Source: Paramecium tetraurelia
Lineage: Eukaryota
Assembly (NCBI GenBank): GCA_000165425.1
Contig: CT868019.1
Span: 434,001-498,000, forward strand
DNA length: 64,000 bases
Reading direction: 5' to 3'
Part shown: piece after piece, positions 27,569-43,271 of the stretch
How positions within the stretch are numbered: the first letter of the stretch is position 1
How the letters are laid out: the number at the start of each line of letters is the position of its first letter
Program-made: the position numbers and the translations under genes
The notes under the pieces: model-generated
What the model saw: the letters and a program-made list of their open reading frames with translations, nothing else
What the model was told of the DNA's origin: nothing
Database searches by the model: none

Positions 27569-27846
27569 AATTATTTTATGCAATAAGTATATTTTTTTAA
27601 ATTGATTCAAATTTAAAAGCCTTCATAAATAGAATCTTATTTATTATTAACAAAATTACATGAGTACGATAGGTCTCAAGACAATAGATGAAACAATAAA
27701 GAGAGAAGTACTTAGTTAAATTTTAAGGTCAGAATATAGTCATTTGAGACAGATTATTAGAATAAAGCAGGAATATTTGCAATATGAAAAATATACTTAA
27801 ATATTGATATTAATATATAATTAATAAAAAATAATAAAAAAATATA

Positions 27847-29403
27847 ATGAAAAGATCTAAATTATAAACATCAGACATCTTAGATTGGTATAAAAAGAGG
27901 TAAATTTTAATCTCTAATATAGATTTCCTCAAAAAGTAAAACGAAATTATTTGTATTTACCAGAGGAAATCAAACAGTAAGAGAGAGCATAAGTTATATT
28001 TGAGAATTTGGATAAGAAGAAAGAAAGTAATACAAATTAGAAATATTAATAGATAAATTAGCAATTGATAAATTATATGATATTTGTGTGAAGAGTGGAA
28101 TGAGCATAAATCGAAACTAAGTAAGAATGCTGTTTGAAAAGATTGATGAAGATAAGAGCAGTATAAATGTATTATTTAAATAGAATGGATTGATTTGGAA
28201 GAGTTTTAAAAATCGGTTCTTGATTAGGAAGTAGGAGAATGTAAATCTGTATTGAATTTTAGAATTTACCTAAGTTGCAATGAAAGTGAGGAAGAACTTA
28301 GAAGAAGGATATCTACCAATATATTATAAGAGTTTAATATCGCATTTAAGCTTTGTTTCAAATCGAGAAGAGCTCATTTAATAAATTAATGATTAAAGCA
28401 AAAGTAAGATAGAAAGGTTTGATAAAATAAAAGAAATAATGAAATTACCCTATGATGACATAGAGTAATAGGACAATAACTTATAAGTTTAACAAGCAAG
28501 GAGAAAGTTGAGTGAATTAAAGTAGGATTATGAAGGAGTTTAAAAGATGGACCCAGAAACATAGGAGTTTATTACTTAAATGAATTAGAAATTAGAAGAT
28601 ACAAAGAACAAAGGGGATGAGGATTCTCTGTTGTTGAAAAAGAGAGTCAAAAGGAAATCTTTACCTCATTATAGTTCGATTATGAGTTTACCTAAGATAG
28701 AGCAAAATCATATGAAATGGCACAAGAACTTGAGTTTGATCGACAATTAAGTCAGATAAAAAATATTTAGTGAAATATAAACTAAGAGTAATTAAATAAA
28801 TTAATTAATTTCCCCAAGAACGAAAAAGTAAAAAGATTTAGTATATTTGAAAAATCAATAATCGAAATACATAAAAAAAGCAAAAAAATAATTTGATATT
28901 CAATTTGATTTTATTGATGAGAATCAATAATCGATAGATTATACAGGTGGCAGAAGTTTTGAAGAAGGAATATTAAGTTTATTCTAATAATAACAATAAT
29001 AAGGTAGTTTGTGCAACTTCACTAATATATCAACAATAAAAAATGATAAGAATGACAGGGATGAAATATTAGATTACTCAGGAGATCATTTGCCAAAATC
29101 TATCTTAAGAAAACTTCAGCAATATAAAAATGTTACCAGAGACTCTACTCAAATTTTGTTGGACAAGTCAATACTTTCCAGTCAATAATCCAAATAATCT
29201 GGGAAGTTGACCCCAATCTATTATCAAAGAATGATCCACCAAACTCATACTAATACAGATTCTCTAAACTCTAATGATATGCCTACGCAACCTAAAAGGA
29301 GAACATATTCATAACAAGATATCAAATATTAAACTGTAAATCTCATTTATTATTTAATTAGCCTCATTTTAAGCAATCAGAATTCTAACTTCCATATTTA
29401 TGA
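27847..29403 (+). CDS. EF-hand protein with long coiled/low-complexity C-terminus (start may be 27660)
   Basis: IFENLDKKKENKLAIDKL and LFEKIDEDKSNGLDLEEF EF-hand pair; several tiny introns. Confidence 0.7.
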
Positions 29404-29495
29404 ATTATTTTATGATATTGATTCATTTAATTATTTTTTGATTGTTGAATCCTTCAACCAGTGATATATTTTTTTAGTAAATTAAAATAATTTTT

Positions 29496-30461
29496 ATGGG
29501 TCTCCAGTGTTCTAAATGCCAAATCAATGATGAAAAAGAATTTATTCTAGCTAATATAGTTCCAGAACACAAACACAACATGTAATTGGAAAATCTAGAA
29601 GATAGTTTTGAAAGTGATCCAAGTATAATAGAATCACTATAAAATTATTTATAGATTATCCACCTTCGACAGCAATAAGTAAGACTATGGAAGAAAAAAG
29701 TATTCAATTTTCAAAGATGCAAAAAGAAAGTTAACATACAATACCATCTGACTACCAAAAACTAGAAGAATTATAAATGGATGATGATTCCAAGTTTTTT
29801 GGCTAAACTAAAGATGGTTAAGCTAATGGAAATGGAAAATTATGGTTAAGAAATGGAGACTATTATGAAGGTGATTTCTAAGATAATCTAATGCATGGCA
29901 AAGGAATTTATAACTATTAAAATGGGCCTATTTTTGAAGGTTAATTTTTATATAACAAACCTGATGGATTCGGTGTTGAATCTTGGCCAGATGGTTCTGT
30001 ATATGAAGGAAATTTTAAAGAAGGTAAAAAATGTGGAAAAGGATGTTACAAGTGGTATTAAGGTTGTGTTTATGCTGGAGAATGGAAGAATAACAAAATT
30101 CATGGAATTGGCAGATATGATTGGCCTGATGGAAGGGTATGTTGATAGATAATAATTCCAGTCTTACTCCGGTAGTTGGGCCTATAATCAAATGCATGGG
30201 AGGGGAAAGTACATTTGGAAGGACGGTAAATGCTATGACGGTGAATATTAGAATGATAAAAAATAAGGTTTCGGAATATTCTATTGGCCAGATTATAAAC
30301 AATATTAAGGCCCATGGTAAGATGGAAAACAACATGGGAAAGGAATAATGATATACCCAGATGGAAAAAAAAAAGTCGGAATTTGGTAATATGGAAAATT
30401 GATAAATTATACTGAAGATGATAATTTTCAAATAATTCCAGAAAATTGGTAGCAATAATGA
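29496..30461 (+). CDS. MORN-repeat protein with MG..C N-terminus
   Basis: Repeated YEGxFxxxxxHGxG units (YEGDFQDNLMHGKG, YAGEWKNNKIHGIG); starts MGLQCSKC. Confidence 0.9.
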
Positions 30462-30597
30462 AAATAACAACTATCTTTAAATATTTTTATACAAATTTAT
30501 AATTAATCGAAAAACCTATTAGAAATTTAGGATAATTATTAATTTTGTAATAAAATTATTAAGATTAAAGTATTATAATTTATATATGTTTAATAAA

Positions 30598-32768
30598 TCA
30601 TTAGTTAATCTTTTATCCACCAAATTGAGGCAAGTTTTAAGAAATGCCTGTTGATATAGGTTATTAAATAAAAGTTGGAACTGTCTATTGCACTTCTGAA
30701 GGAATAACATGGTGTTTAATGACGACTCCTTTTCTAGCCTCAATGATTTTGCTTTCATATTTTGATTTTAATTCCTTCAAATAATGTCTAAATTGTTCTT
30801 ATTATTAATTGTTGAATGCTCTGCCATCCTCTACCATATATTCTAGTTCTTCGATATCAAATCTTAATTTGTCAGATATTCTCCTTTCTTTGATAACTTC
30901 ATTTTCTAATTTGTTGGCTCTATCTTCCCAAATACCAATGATTCTTTGTAATTCCCTATTTTCGATATTCAACATTTCTAATTCTGATTCATCCCTCACA
31001 TATCTATCTACATATCTGTCAACAGGAACTTCCACGATTTTTTCAACAGGCACTTCAACAATCTTCTCTACAGGCACGTGAACAATCTTTTCAACTGGCA
31101 CTTCAACAATCTTCTCATATGGAACTTCCACTCTCTTTTCAACTGGTACTTCCACATATCTATCTACAGGTCTGTCAATGTATCTGTCCATATATCTATC
31201 GACATATCTATCAACATATCTATCTCTGGGAACTTCCACTATTTTTTCATATGGAACTTCCACTATTCGCTCATATGGGACTTCAACAACTCTCTCATAA
31301 GGATATGGAATTTCATATGGCACAGGTACCTCTACAACTCTATCAACAGGAACTTCAACTATTCTTTCGACAGGCACCTCAACTCTCTTTTCCACTATTC
31401 TATCCACTGGCACTTCGATATAAACAGGAACTTCCTTAATCACCTCATAGGGCACTTCCTTGATGACTTGTTTAATCACTTCATATGGCACTTCTTTGAT
31501 CACTTCTTTAATAACTTCATATGGAACTTCCTTGATCACTTCATATGGAACATCTCTATAATAAGGGACCTCATAAGGAACTTCGATTCTTTAAACTACA
31601 GGAACTTCAACAGTTTGCACTTTTGGAACTTCAATGTACTAAGGAACTTGTTGATACACATATTCAATTTTTGGTATTTCAACTATCCTTTCCACAATTT
31701 TAGGTTCAGAAGGAACTTCTTTAATGACTTCCTTGATGATCTCAACTGGTTTAACATCATGTACTTGTTGAGGTTGATTAACATGCACTGTTTTAATTAC
31801 CTCAACTGGTTTCTCCACTATCTTTTCAACAACTCTTTCTTGAATCTCAATTTGCTTCTTTTTCTTTTTCTTTCTCAACCTCTCTACTTCATCCTCTAAT
31901 TACTTAACGTAACCATTTTATCTTTCTAATTATACTGTTAAGTCAAAGACTCTTAAATTAATAATAAAAATTACTTTTTATCAGCCACCTTGAGTAATGA
32001 TTCTAATTCCCCTATCCTATCAAACATTTCTTGGTTTTCTCTCTCCAACTATTGCTTTATTATTAAGGCTTCATCCCTTTATCGACCTACTTCGTAAAGT
32101 TCCTTTTCGAGTGATTTAATCTTTTTGCACATCTTTTTCAGACATTTCTTATTGTCCTCTATATACAACTCTATCTCTGAATTGCTCTATTGTTTTGGCT
32201 ATTACTCCATCTATCTTATTATTCTCTCCATCTCTTGAATTTCTCTTTTGATTGTATCTATTTCAGGATCTTACACATGTTATTATGGTCTATGTTTTTT
32301 TGGAGTCTCAGCTATGGTAGACACTATTATTTCTTCCTTGCTTTGTTTCAACTTCTTATTCTATTTTTTCAATTTCTTGATCTCTTTCTCTAAATGTCTT
32401 TAGTCATTCCCTCCCTAAACTACATATGCTTATGGGGGACAAACAGGTTGCTGTTAACAAATAAATTATGGTTAACAGACAGATGAGTACATTGGTTGGC
32501 ACATTGGTTAGCATGGTTAACATATGCTTGGAGCACATGAGTGGCCAGGACTTCTTGTTACTGTAGCCACTGATTCATTTAATTGATCTGACACTCTTGA
32601 AGATGTAAGCTTTTGTGCTTAATTATTAAAAGATGTTCTCAACTCTTGAATGGCTGAAGTCACTTTAGACGATTTGCTTGATCCTGAACTTGTGGTATTA
32701 GTATTGACAGGTTGTAATACTTTATGACCTTCATTGAATCGTACAGATTTTGAAGACTAATTATTCAT
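30598..32768 (-). CDS. Alveolin/articulin-like cortical cytoskeletal protein (VPV/EVP repeats)
   Basis: Many EVPV/EVPY and KEVPYEVI repeats, plus DRYV repeats, flanked by coiled coils. Confidence 0.85.
31000..31780 (-). repeat. Coding repeat array (KEVPYEVI, EKIVEVPV, DRYV units)
   Basis: Recurrent ggaacttc/ggcacttc motifs on the plus strand. Confidence 0.8.
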
Positions 32769-33192
32769 TATTTAAATTAATAACTGATAATATAAATGTT
32801 TTATAAATAAAAATTATTTATTTCATCAATTTACGTACAAAATTCAAATATTTTTCTATCTATTTAAATCAGCAAATTTATAATTAGAAGAACATCTATT
32901 TCCAATCAGAAATTTATAATTATTTGGGGGGACATTCAAATTTATTCTAATACTCAAATATCCAAAAATACATTTAATTGATTCTTCAAATTAATCGTAT
33001 ATATATTTATTAAATTTTTATTTTATATAATGTTATTGTGGAATATGTTAATTTATTTTTCAACAAAGACTTTTAAATCTGTAAAACTTAAATAGGATAT
33101 TAATTGCATTCTTACAAAATTTAAATCTAAAATCAAGATCAACACTGCTCTTTAAAAATTAATTCGAATAATTTTAATATAAAAATAATATC

Positions 33193-33701
33193 ATGGGCAA
33201 TACCTGTGCAGTTAAATAAGAAATCTCAAACGAAGAAAAAGCAGAAATATAAAATGAAGAATAATCACATAAAACTCGGGCAGTGAAAATTCCAGTGTTT
33301 ACAAAAAAATTAGGACTGAATTTTAAATTAGATGAAGGAATACAGAAGATAAGACCGAAGCACGACAACGAATCAGTTTAGGACATCTCAACTGAAAGGA
33401 ACTTGCAAGACTCTAATGCCCCACAGTTTTATATAATTATTTAGATAGCTTTTTCGTATAGTATAAATAAAATGAAGATTCATGTAAAGGATATTGGAAA
33501 CAAAAGCACACCGAAGATTTTCTTAAAGAAATATGTTCAAAAGAGGTAGTTTCTGAAAAAGCAGTGATTTAAAAAAAGGAAGATGAATATGATGATTACT
33601 ATGATTAAATAAGGGAAAATGATTTGGATTAATTTAAATTTTAAACGATATTTATAATGAAGTTGGTGGACAGGAATCAATCATAATTTTAAAGAAAATG
33701 A
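33193..33701 (+). CDS. Small hypothetical protein with MGNTC N-terminus
   Basis: MGNTCAVKQEISNEEKAEIQ... open frame with one probable intron; 3' end uncertain. Confidence 0.5.
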
Positions 33702-34492
33702 AAAGACTGATGAAATGTAAAACATTGAAATATTTATAATTTTTGATATTAATGATATTTTAATCACAATCCTCTAATTGCTACTTTTCTTGGGAAATCA
33801 GATTATCCCTTCTCATCACTCAAAAATAAGTCAAAATGACTATTGAGTTAGAAAGAAATTCTGACTCTAGATACTAGATCTGGATTATTATACATAGTTG
33901 TCCAATAGACGTCATGCTTGATATCCTGATTTGCTCTCCAAAGAAAAATAGAATATATTATAATAAGAATTCCTTTGTAATTTGTCTAAAACTCAATGTT
34001 TTCATATTTTTTCGACTTTTGTCTTCAAGTCAGATTGAGTTTCATGATTGTTGTTATAGATATTTATACAATTGAAGTGCTAGTTTAATACTAACTCTTC
34101 CTAATAGATAATATTCAATTTAATCATATCAAATGAAAATTTTACATTTATTTATACCTTTCCTTCTCTTTAATCATGTCAATTTTCAGGAAGTTGTGTA
34201 GGAATTAAGTTCATTCACACCTAAAACTTTATATTGCTGTTTTGTTCCTCTTTTCTTGCATTCTTACCTATGATTCACTACTTTTGTCAAGAAGTATTTC
34301 GTTCTTTTAATGAAACATAATTTATTGTCAGAATAAGTCTTCATATGCAAATGTATTTATATTTCCATTCTTCTTATTTATTTTGATTAGTATCATTCTA
34401 AATTCCTTGATATGAATCGAAATTGCTTTATTATTTTTTCAAAATTTCTTAAAATATTATTTAAATTTATTATAACAAAATAATTGTCCAAA

Positions 34493-35725
34493 TCAATTAC
34501 AAAAGAATTTGTGATCTAATGCTTGGAAGCAACTAATTCTTTTATTAGGATCTATTTCTAGCATCTTTTATAACAAATCTCTTAGTAATGGATCAAGAAT
34601 CATTTCTCTTAGAGTTTTTTGATTCTGGACCTTGAGTATGCTATCCTTTGTAGTCGTTCCTTACGGCCATTAATAGTACTTTCCATTGGTGACATTCTTT
34701 GTGTTGAAACAATACTTTAGACTACCTTTCACATTACTTGCCATCCAATAAGGAAAGTTCTATTCTGTTATCTTCTCCACCAAAGCCATATGTTCGTATT
34801 CATTTTTTCTCGTTTAAAATAGTAAATGACCTAATATTTTAAATCTCATTCCTACCTGTGTATAGTTCAAAGATAATGCAAGCTATTCCCCAAACATCAC
34901 TTTTGTAATCCCATTTACAACACTACAACTGAACCTCAGGAGCTCTATATTGACGTGTATTAATTATACAATTATGGTCTTCATCATCGAACTCCGCTCC
35001 ACCGAGGTCAATAATCTTGATCTTGTGATCTGCTGGTAAATACCTAGTAAAATTTAAATGTAGTTCTTACAAATCATTTTGCCCTTTTTTTAATTCACGT
35101 ATCCTACTAAAAAGAATATTCTCTGGTTTTAAGTCTGTGTGAGTCAATCTTATATCATGCAAATACCCTATGCATTTTAATAATTATCTGCTTATGCATC
35201 TAACCAAATTCATTGGGATTCCACGATCTTAATTCATTCTTAGCATATCATATAAACTTGGTCCAAGCTAAAAAATCAATATTTATCAAACAATACTCTT
35301 TCAAAGACCATACAATAATATCCTCTATGATAAAAACTATCAATTATTTCAACAAAGTATCTATTTAAATCTTTTTTTTTCAAATAAAATAGTATGTCTG
35401 CCTCTTACTAAGCACTTTCTGCATGATTACTTCTCACTATTTTCATTGCATAGGATTTTGAACTTTTTCTTCTCACTTTCAAGACTCTTCCAAAAGTTCC
35501 ATCAGAAATATGTCTTCTTACTTTATAATCTTTAATGTATTCGCCCTTTCGAAATCTGTAATGCTTATAATCATCAGTTGAAGAACTTCCATTTGATCCT
35601 TCATCCGTGATACTTGATGTACTTGTAGAACTATGGTTGAATTATCAGGAATACCATTTGGGTTTTTTATGGGATCTTCTGTTCGACCTTTTACGAGATT
35701 CTTTTGAAGACATGGTTTTCAGCAT
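34493..35725 (-). CDS. CLK/LAMMER-family dual-specificity protein kinase
   Basis: DGTFGRV, YAMK, LTHTDLKPENIL, IIDLG, INTRQYRAPEV and EHMALVE (LAMMER-like motif). Confidence 0.92.
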
Positions 35726-35744
35726 ATAAATTTTTTAATTATTA

Positions 35745-36616
35745 ATGTCATATTAATTTGGGATCAATCAATTATAGAGCACAACAGTTCCAAATGCAAA
35801 GTATAAAACTATCCTCTGTAGACACTATTAAGGTATGAACACTCAATCTATAAAAATAGCAACCAAATAATGTGCCATTGGTTCGAAATGCTAATTTGCT
35901 CATGGGATAGAAGAATAAAGGCAAATGAATGGTAATAGATATTGAAATAATCTAAAGATCCCTTGCCTGCTTCAGCACTTTCATCAATCACTACTGCACC
36001 CTAATCAACAACAATTGAACAACAATAAAAAAATTAATCACCTCTGTTTAAAAGTATGAATAAGAAATAAAAAAGTACCTTGTAAATATCATCAAACTCA
36101 ACTTTTGTAAGAATGGGGCAGGTTGCCAATACGTGCATGGTATGCATTTATTAATTATACTAAATAGATTCTGATGTACAAATCTAAACAACGTAGTAAT
36201 AACAGCAACAGTAATAATAATAATAAATCTAATTATTATAACAATAACAATAATAATAACAATAATAACAACAATAACAATAATAATAACAATAACAATA
36301 ATAGCAATAATAACAATAGCAATAACTACTTTAAACCTAATAGTCCATGGATCCTATGGCTATCACCTTAACATATATCTTAATGGAAATGTAGTCAATT
36401 TTCACTTAGGAAGTATGCTAATAACATAATATTTAGGATTTACTATAAAAGATAAGGTATGCTATTGAATTAGTGAGATAAGGAAATTTGGTATCAGCCT
36501 GTGATTAGATTAGAGCCATAATTAACTCATAAGACAGAACTGCAGATGAAATTCAATAATATACATTGTTATATAATTAATCAGTAGCATATTACAAATA
36601 ACTATAATAACAATGA
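35745..36616 (+). CDS. Tandem CCCH zinc-finger RNA-binding protein with long poly-Gln tract
   Basis: KYKTILCRHYQATKQCAIGSKCQFAHG and PCKYHQTQLFCKNGAGCQYVH; polyQ encoded by TAA/CAA/TAG/CAG. Confidence 0.88.
36194..36325 (+). repeat. (TAA/CAA)n trinucleotide repeat encoding poly-Gln
   Basis: About 40 Gln codons in frame within the CCCH gene. Confidence 0.85.
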
Positions 36617-36656
36617 TAATTTATATATATGTATTTCTATAAACATTTTTATCTAT

Positions 36657-37531
36657 TCATTGTCTTAAACCAGCTTATAATTATTATTCATAGCAGTCTC
36701 TGTAAATTGCCCTAATGAGTGCTAAAGAGAAGAATGCCCCAAAGAAAGGCAAAACCGAGTAAATCCATAAGTTCCAAAACCTTACCCAGTGTCCATCCTT
36801 ACAACATTCAAATAACACTAAACTAGTCATCTACAAAATATCACTTACCCGAATGCGATAGCTGGGATTCAAACTACTCTTAGCTACATAACTAAGTGTT
36901 CTGCCAACACAGTATAAAGCACTGATTATTATGCTATGTTCTAATCTATCTGATGATAAACCCATTAAATCATCATATTAAAATATGAATCCTGCACAAA
37001 GAATTAAAGACCCGAATATTTCCCCAAAGATCACTGCAAAATAAGCCTCAATATTTGTTTACGCTAAATATGGAACATCATTCAAACTATTGTTCGTAGT
37101 CTATAAATATTTTACTAATTCTTAAAACAGAGAAATCCAAACAAACTTGCCAAAAATGCTCCTCCAAATTAACTACTAATTGCCACTGACACCCATAATC
37201 CGTTATCTTGTCCTGATAACACTGTTGTGATTGCAGGATTGAATGTACATTTTTAATTTTAAGCAACCAAAATTAACATTCCATAGGCACAAGCAAAAAC
37301 AAAGGGGTTATTACTTAGCTTATTAGAAAGACATATATACTTGCTAGCATAAATACTGAAAGTCAACATGAAAGTTCCAATGAATTCAAACCAAAAGATA
37401 TATAATGCTTCCTTTTTCATTATACCTACCTTAGTCTGAGGCATGTTATCTGCATCCCATTTTATGGGTTTATTTTATTGTATTTCTTAATTTACTAAAT
37501 CGCTATAATTTTATCGTTATTATTCTTCCAT
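36657..37531 (-). CDS. Aquaporin / MIP channel
   Basis: FEFIGTFML, two NPA motifs (TFNPAIT, SLNPAIAF) and WIYSVLPFFGA. Confidence 0.9.
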
Positions 37532-37556
37532 TTTATAATTATTATTATTAATATTA

Positions 37557-38704
37557 ATGTTGGCAATATTCTTATGTACGTAAGTTTACTATCTTAAATT
37601 GTAGTTATTATTTTAGTGACCTCTAACCATGCTATGAATCTTAGCAAGAGGGAAACTCAAAAATATTAATAATATTTGAATCGCATTGAAAAACGATAAA
37701 TTGGATCTTTGATTATTTCTATGATATAACTAGATTAGCCATAGATAAATTAATTGATTGAATAATCCATAGAAGATTTTGAATCAGAATATTCAACTTT
37801 GCAAGATTTTCATATTAGTAGGAAGACATAAATATATTAATCTATGTAGTAATTGAAAGCACAACTCTTAGATTTAGATTTGTTATAATCATCCTTTATT
37901 GATGGGCCTTAAGAGAAAGAAAGGGAGTTCCATGAATAAAAAATAACAAGACTTAATCAACTGATCAATCAAAATTATAAAACGATTGATTAAAAAGAGG
38001 TTCAATTGATAAAAATGCAGAACAGGTATTGCATATACATTAATAATTTTAGTTTAAGTTCATTGATTGATGAATATGATTTGAATATCAACTAAATAGA
38101 TCAAATGCTTCAGACAATTGATTCTATTTTATATGATGAAGAGAAGGTAGGCATTAAATTCTTCTAAAAGAGAGGAAAGGTGAATGAGATAATTGAGCAT
38201 TTTGGAAAATCTACAATTAAACATATCAAATTAGATTTACCTATGCTAAAACAAATAGCACAGATTGGTATAAAAAGCAATTTTGCGGACAAATAAACTT
38301 ATAAATAAGTAATTATAGTCAATAATAATTAGGTGCAAGAACTCTTGATTTCTTTAAGAAAAAAGTTAGTTGGAGAACTTAATAGTCTAAATACTGACAA
38401 GATTGATCAGCTTGAAATAAGTATTAATGAATTAAAGAATGACACTCTCAAATTGAAAAGTCAATTGCTAGAATCTACATAGAAGTTGCAAATAGAGAAT
38501 AGGGACATTAGTTCAATCACAGAGTCTAAGAAGCGTATTGAGTAGGAACTTGTTATTCTTGATGAAGACTTGAGATTGGAGAATGAGTTATTCAATTAGA
38601 AGGAAACATTTTTAATAGAAGAAGTCAATGAATTGATGGAGATTGAACAGTTGTTGAAAAATAGAGAATTGATTTAATACATTCAAGAATAAGAATAATA
38701 ATGA
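37557..38704 (+). CDS. Secreted coiled-coil protein, trichocyst matrix/granule lattice protein-like
   Basis: Signal peptide MLAIFLFIILVTSNHA; IGSLIISMIQL motif; all-helical heptad pattern; size typical of TMP precursors. Confidence 0.55.
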
Positions 38705-38728
38705 TAATATAAATAAATATAAAATTCG

Positions 38729-40516
38729 ATGGATTATCAAATACAAATTAAGGAACTCTTGAAAAGGCTCCATTTGTAGTTGAAGTTTGCTGTCACTCTC
38801 TAACCTAAAATTCAATTGCTGAATAATTTGATTTTACAAACAAATGATTTTTTAGATCTGTATTCCTTTTTATTAATTTGAGGTTTGCATAATCTAATTC
38901 AATGAAAATAATTACACAGTACTTAAAGGATGCCTTGAAATCTATCTAACCTAATGAAGAATTGATATATAAAATTTTGACTTTAATATTGAGGATGAAT
39001 TTAAGTGAAGAAATAGTTCGAGAATCTGAAATTGCTAAGCCTTTATTAAAAATCAAAGATAAAAAACTTTTTGATAACATTCGATCTAATATGATTGAAC
39101 AATTATAATAGTAATGGTCAAGGTGCTATATTAAATTCAAGCCATTGCTTGAAGAATGGAAAAGAAACAATAATTAGAAGGATAAATAAGAAGATCGTAA
39201 GAAAAAAGGAAAAAGAAATTAATCATCAAGTTCAAGTGAATCATCTAATAAAAAAAAGAAGAACAAGAAGAAATTTGTTAGGTAATGTTGTTGAGTGCAT
39301 AATTGAATAGATTTCAAAGGGATGAACTTCTACTTAATTTTAAATATTTTAAACGAGATGACGAACCTAATCAAAGAGGAATGACCTTGGAAGAAGTTGC
39401 ATAATTCCAGAAACAATATGCTGGAGAATTAAGGAGATTTAATCAAATAAATGGAGCTTATAATATCAAGCATCGAGAATCATTAATGGAAGGATAAGAA
39501 CATAAATTGCAATAAGATAATATTCAATAGATGTTAGAATAGATACCATTTATTAAACCTGCAAGTTATATATTACTTCTAATCTTTAGAACTGTTTTTG
39601 TAATCATAAATAAACTATGACACCAACTACATTGAGACTGCAGTCTAATAGAAAAGAACGGAATCTAAAATGTCTGCATTCTATAATAGAGATGTATCTC
39701 AATATTCATCAACCATTAGAGTATTCCAGATCAACCAGGGTATAACGAGATTTCTAATACTCAATCAGGCATGCAACCAAAATCAATCCATTTAGATCCA
39801 CCAAAAAGAGAAGATCTCATCTATATGGTCTCAATTATTTGTAGCAGAGGGCTCAAAGAAATAGAAGAAAAGAACAAAAATGCTAATAAGAAATAAGTTA
39901 AGGGAATTCTTAAAAAGCCTCCTGATGAATAAATGAAACAGAAGGATGTTCTCAATCAAGCTAAGTAAGATTTACAACCGAAAATGCAATAATTGGTTTA
40001 AATGGTTGAGTAGAAGCATTAACATAGCCAGGAAACCATTTGTATTTATATTTCATTATTTAAGTAACTTTATTACATGATATTATATAAAAATTAAAGG
40101 ATATTGGTGAGGAAAAATATATAAAAAATTTTAAATCTATCCTTGAAGTAAAATTGAATGATAAATAAACAATAATGAGTGAAGTTGACCGTGTAAAAGC
40201 TTAACAGGATTAACAGAGACTTAGACTTGAGTAGCTATAGACTATCAATCCTGTTTAGGCTCTTCGATTAAGAGCTTACAAAACCAAGCATTGTCACAAT
40301 TTTCATTCTTCTTTAGGTTGTACAAGAGGAGATAATTGTAACTTCATTCATGACTCTCGTTATCCTGGAAGAACAGCCCCAACTCTTTAATATCCAAATT
40401 TTCTAAATAAAACTTTATATCCTTAATCCAGTATGGCTATAATAGTTCCGCCTTTGCTTCAATAACTTAATCCTGAAATTTTGCTTGGTCGACAGAAAAA
40501 ATATGAAAGTCTATGA
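38729..40516 (+). CDS. PNUTS/PPP1R10-like PP1 regulatory subunit (TFIIS N-terminal domain, RVxF, C-terminal CCCH finger)
   Basis: TND-like ILTLILRMNLSEEIVRESEIAKPLLKI..QWS; KKKFVRFQRDELLLNFKYF; YKTKHCHNFHSSLGCTRGDNCNFIHD. The frame is continuous through 23-29 nt introns. Confidence 0.65.
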
Positions 40517-41063
40517 GTCAAAATTATTTTAAATTATAAAATTATCATAATATAGGACCAAAGAGCTTGAGGTGATTCGTCTTCATATCTACATTTTTTT
40601 TATAAAAATAATAGATCTTTATTTTTTATTGAATATAAATAAACGACGTTTCTTAAAATGTGTTTTATCAAGAAAAGATTTCATTTTTCATTTTCTCTTT
40701 TTCTAGATTTCCAAAAAATACTTACTTTTTCATCTTTATTTCAGCTAAAATTTAATTTTTTGATTATATTTAAAATTTAAAGGTTAATATCATGAATAAA
40801 ATAACTTAGGCTTTCACTGTATTTTCGACTCAATTAAATCACATGAATTCTAAATTTTCATATCTTTTACTAATTATATATTTATAGTGGTTGATCCTAA
40901 GTTGAAAATTCTTTTGTTTTATAGCTTTTTTATTAATGATAATTTCTGATATATACATTCTTTCAGTATTATCTATCTATAAATTGTTAGTTTTATAATA
41001 AATGATCCTTCTCATTTAATATATTCTTGCATTGTTTATAAATAATATTATTAATCAATATAA

Positions 41064-41505
41064 TCACATCATATAAATTATTGCTCCAACTATACTCATA
41101 AATAAAACAAATGTGATGGACATTAGAATCAAATACCAAAAGATGACATATCTCAATAAATTGCAAGGTTCATTTTTAAAATATTCAATAATTAAAAATA
41201 TATTGCTAATGACAAATCCAATTAGCAAAATTCCATATATGTAGAGCTTAATCTTGGAATCAGGTTGGGGTTTCCATTAGATCAATATGCTAGTTTTACA
41301 TTCAATAAGAAACGTACCAAATTAAAATGACATATACTATGTATAGCCAAACCAAATAATATGCACATTCTCTTAATGCAACACACCCATCCCCACCATA
41401 GAGTTCTGGTTTTGATGTGAATTAGTAGAATAAAAAGCTTACTAATGATAGGGAAACAACTGCAAATAGGGTGACTTTATCAAAAGCTGATTAATCCTAA
41501 TTCAT
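41064..41505 (-). CDS. Small four-TM membrane protein (137 aa)
   Basis: One 28-nt intron gives 138 codons with four hydrophobic segments. Confidence 0.7.
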
Positions 41506-41592
41506 GTATGTATGTTGTATGTAATAATTATAAAAAGTTTATTTATATATAATTGAACTTAAATTGGAAATAAATAATTTTATTTTTATATT

Positions 41593-43271
<1,679 letters not shown>

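Noticed and set aside
30015..30470. 151-aa hydrophobic minus-strand ORF
   Set aside because: Antisense to the MORN-repeat gene.
31000..31780. CRISPR-like or mobile-element repeat array
   Set aside because: The repeats are in-frame coding units without unique spacers, and no cas or transposase genes are present.
30809..31899. Long plus-strand ORFs (90, 273 and 106 aa) in the ORF track
   Set aside because: They are antisense shadows of the repetitive alveolin-like gene on the minus strand.
36174..36371. Poly-Asn ORF in the track
   Set aside because: Wrong frame; the CCCH gene frame reads poly-Gln under code 6.
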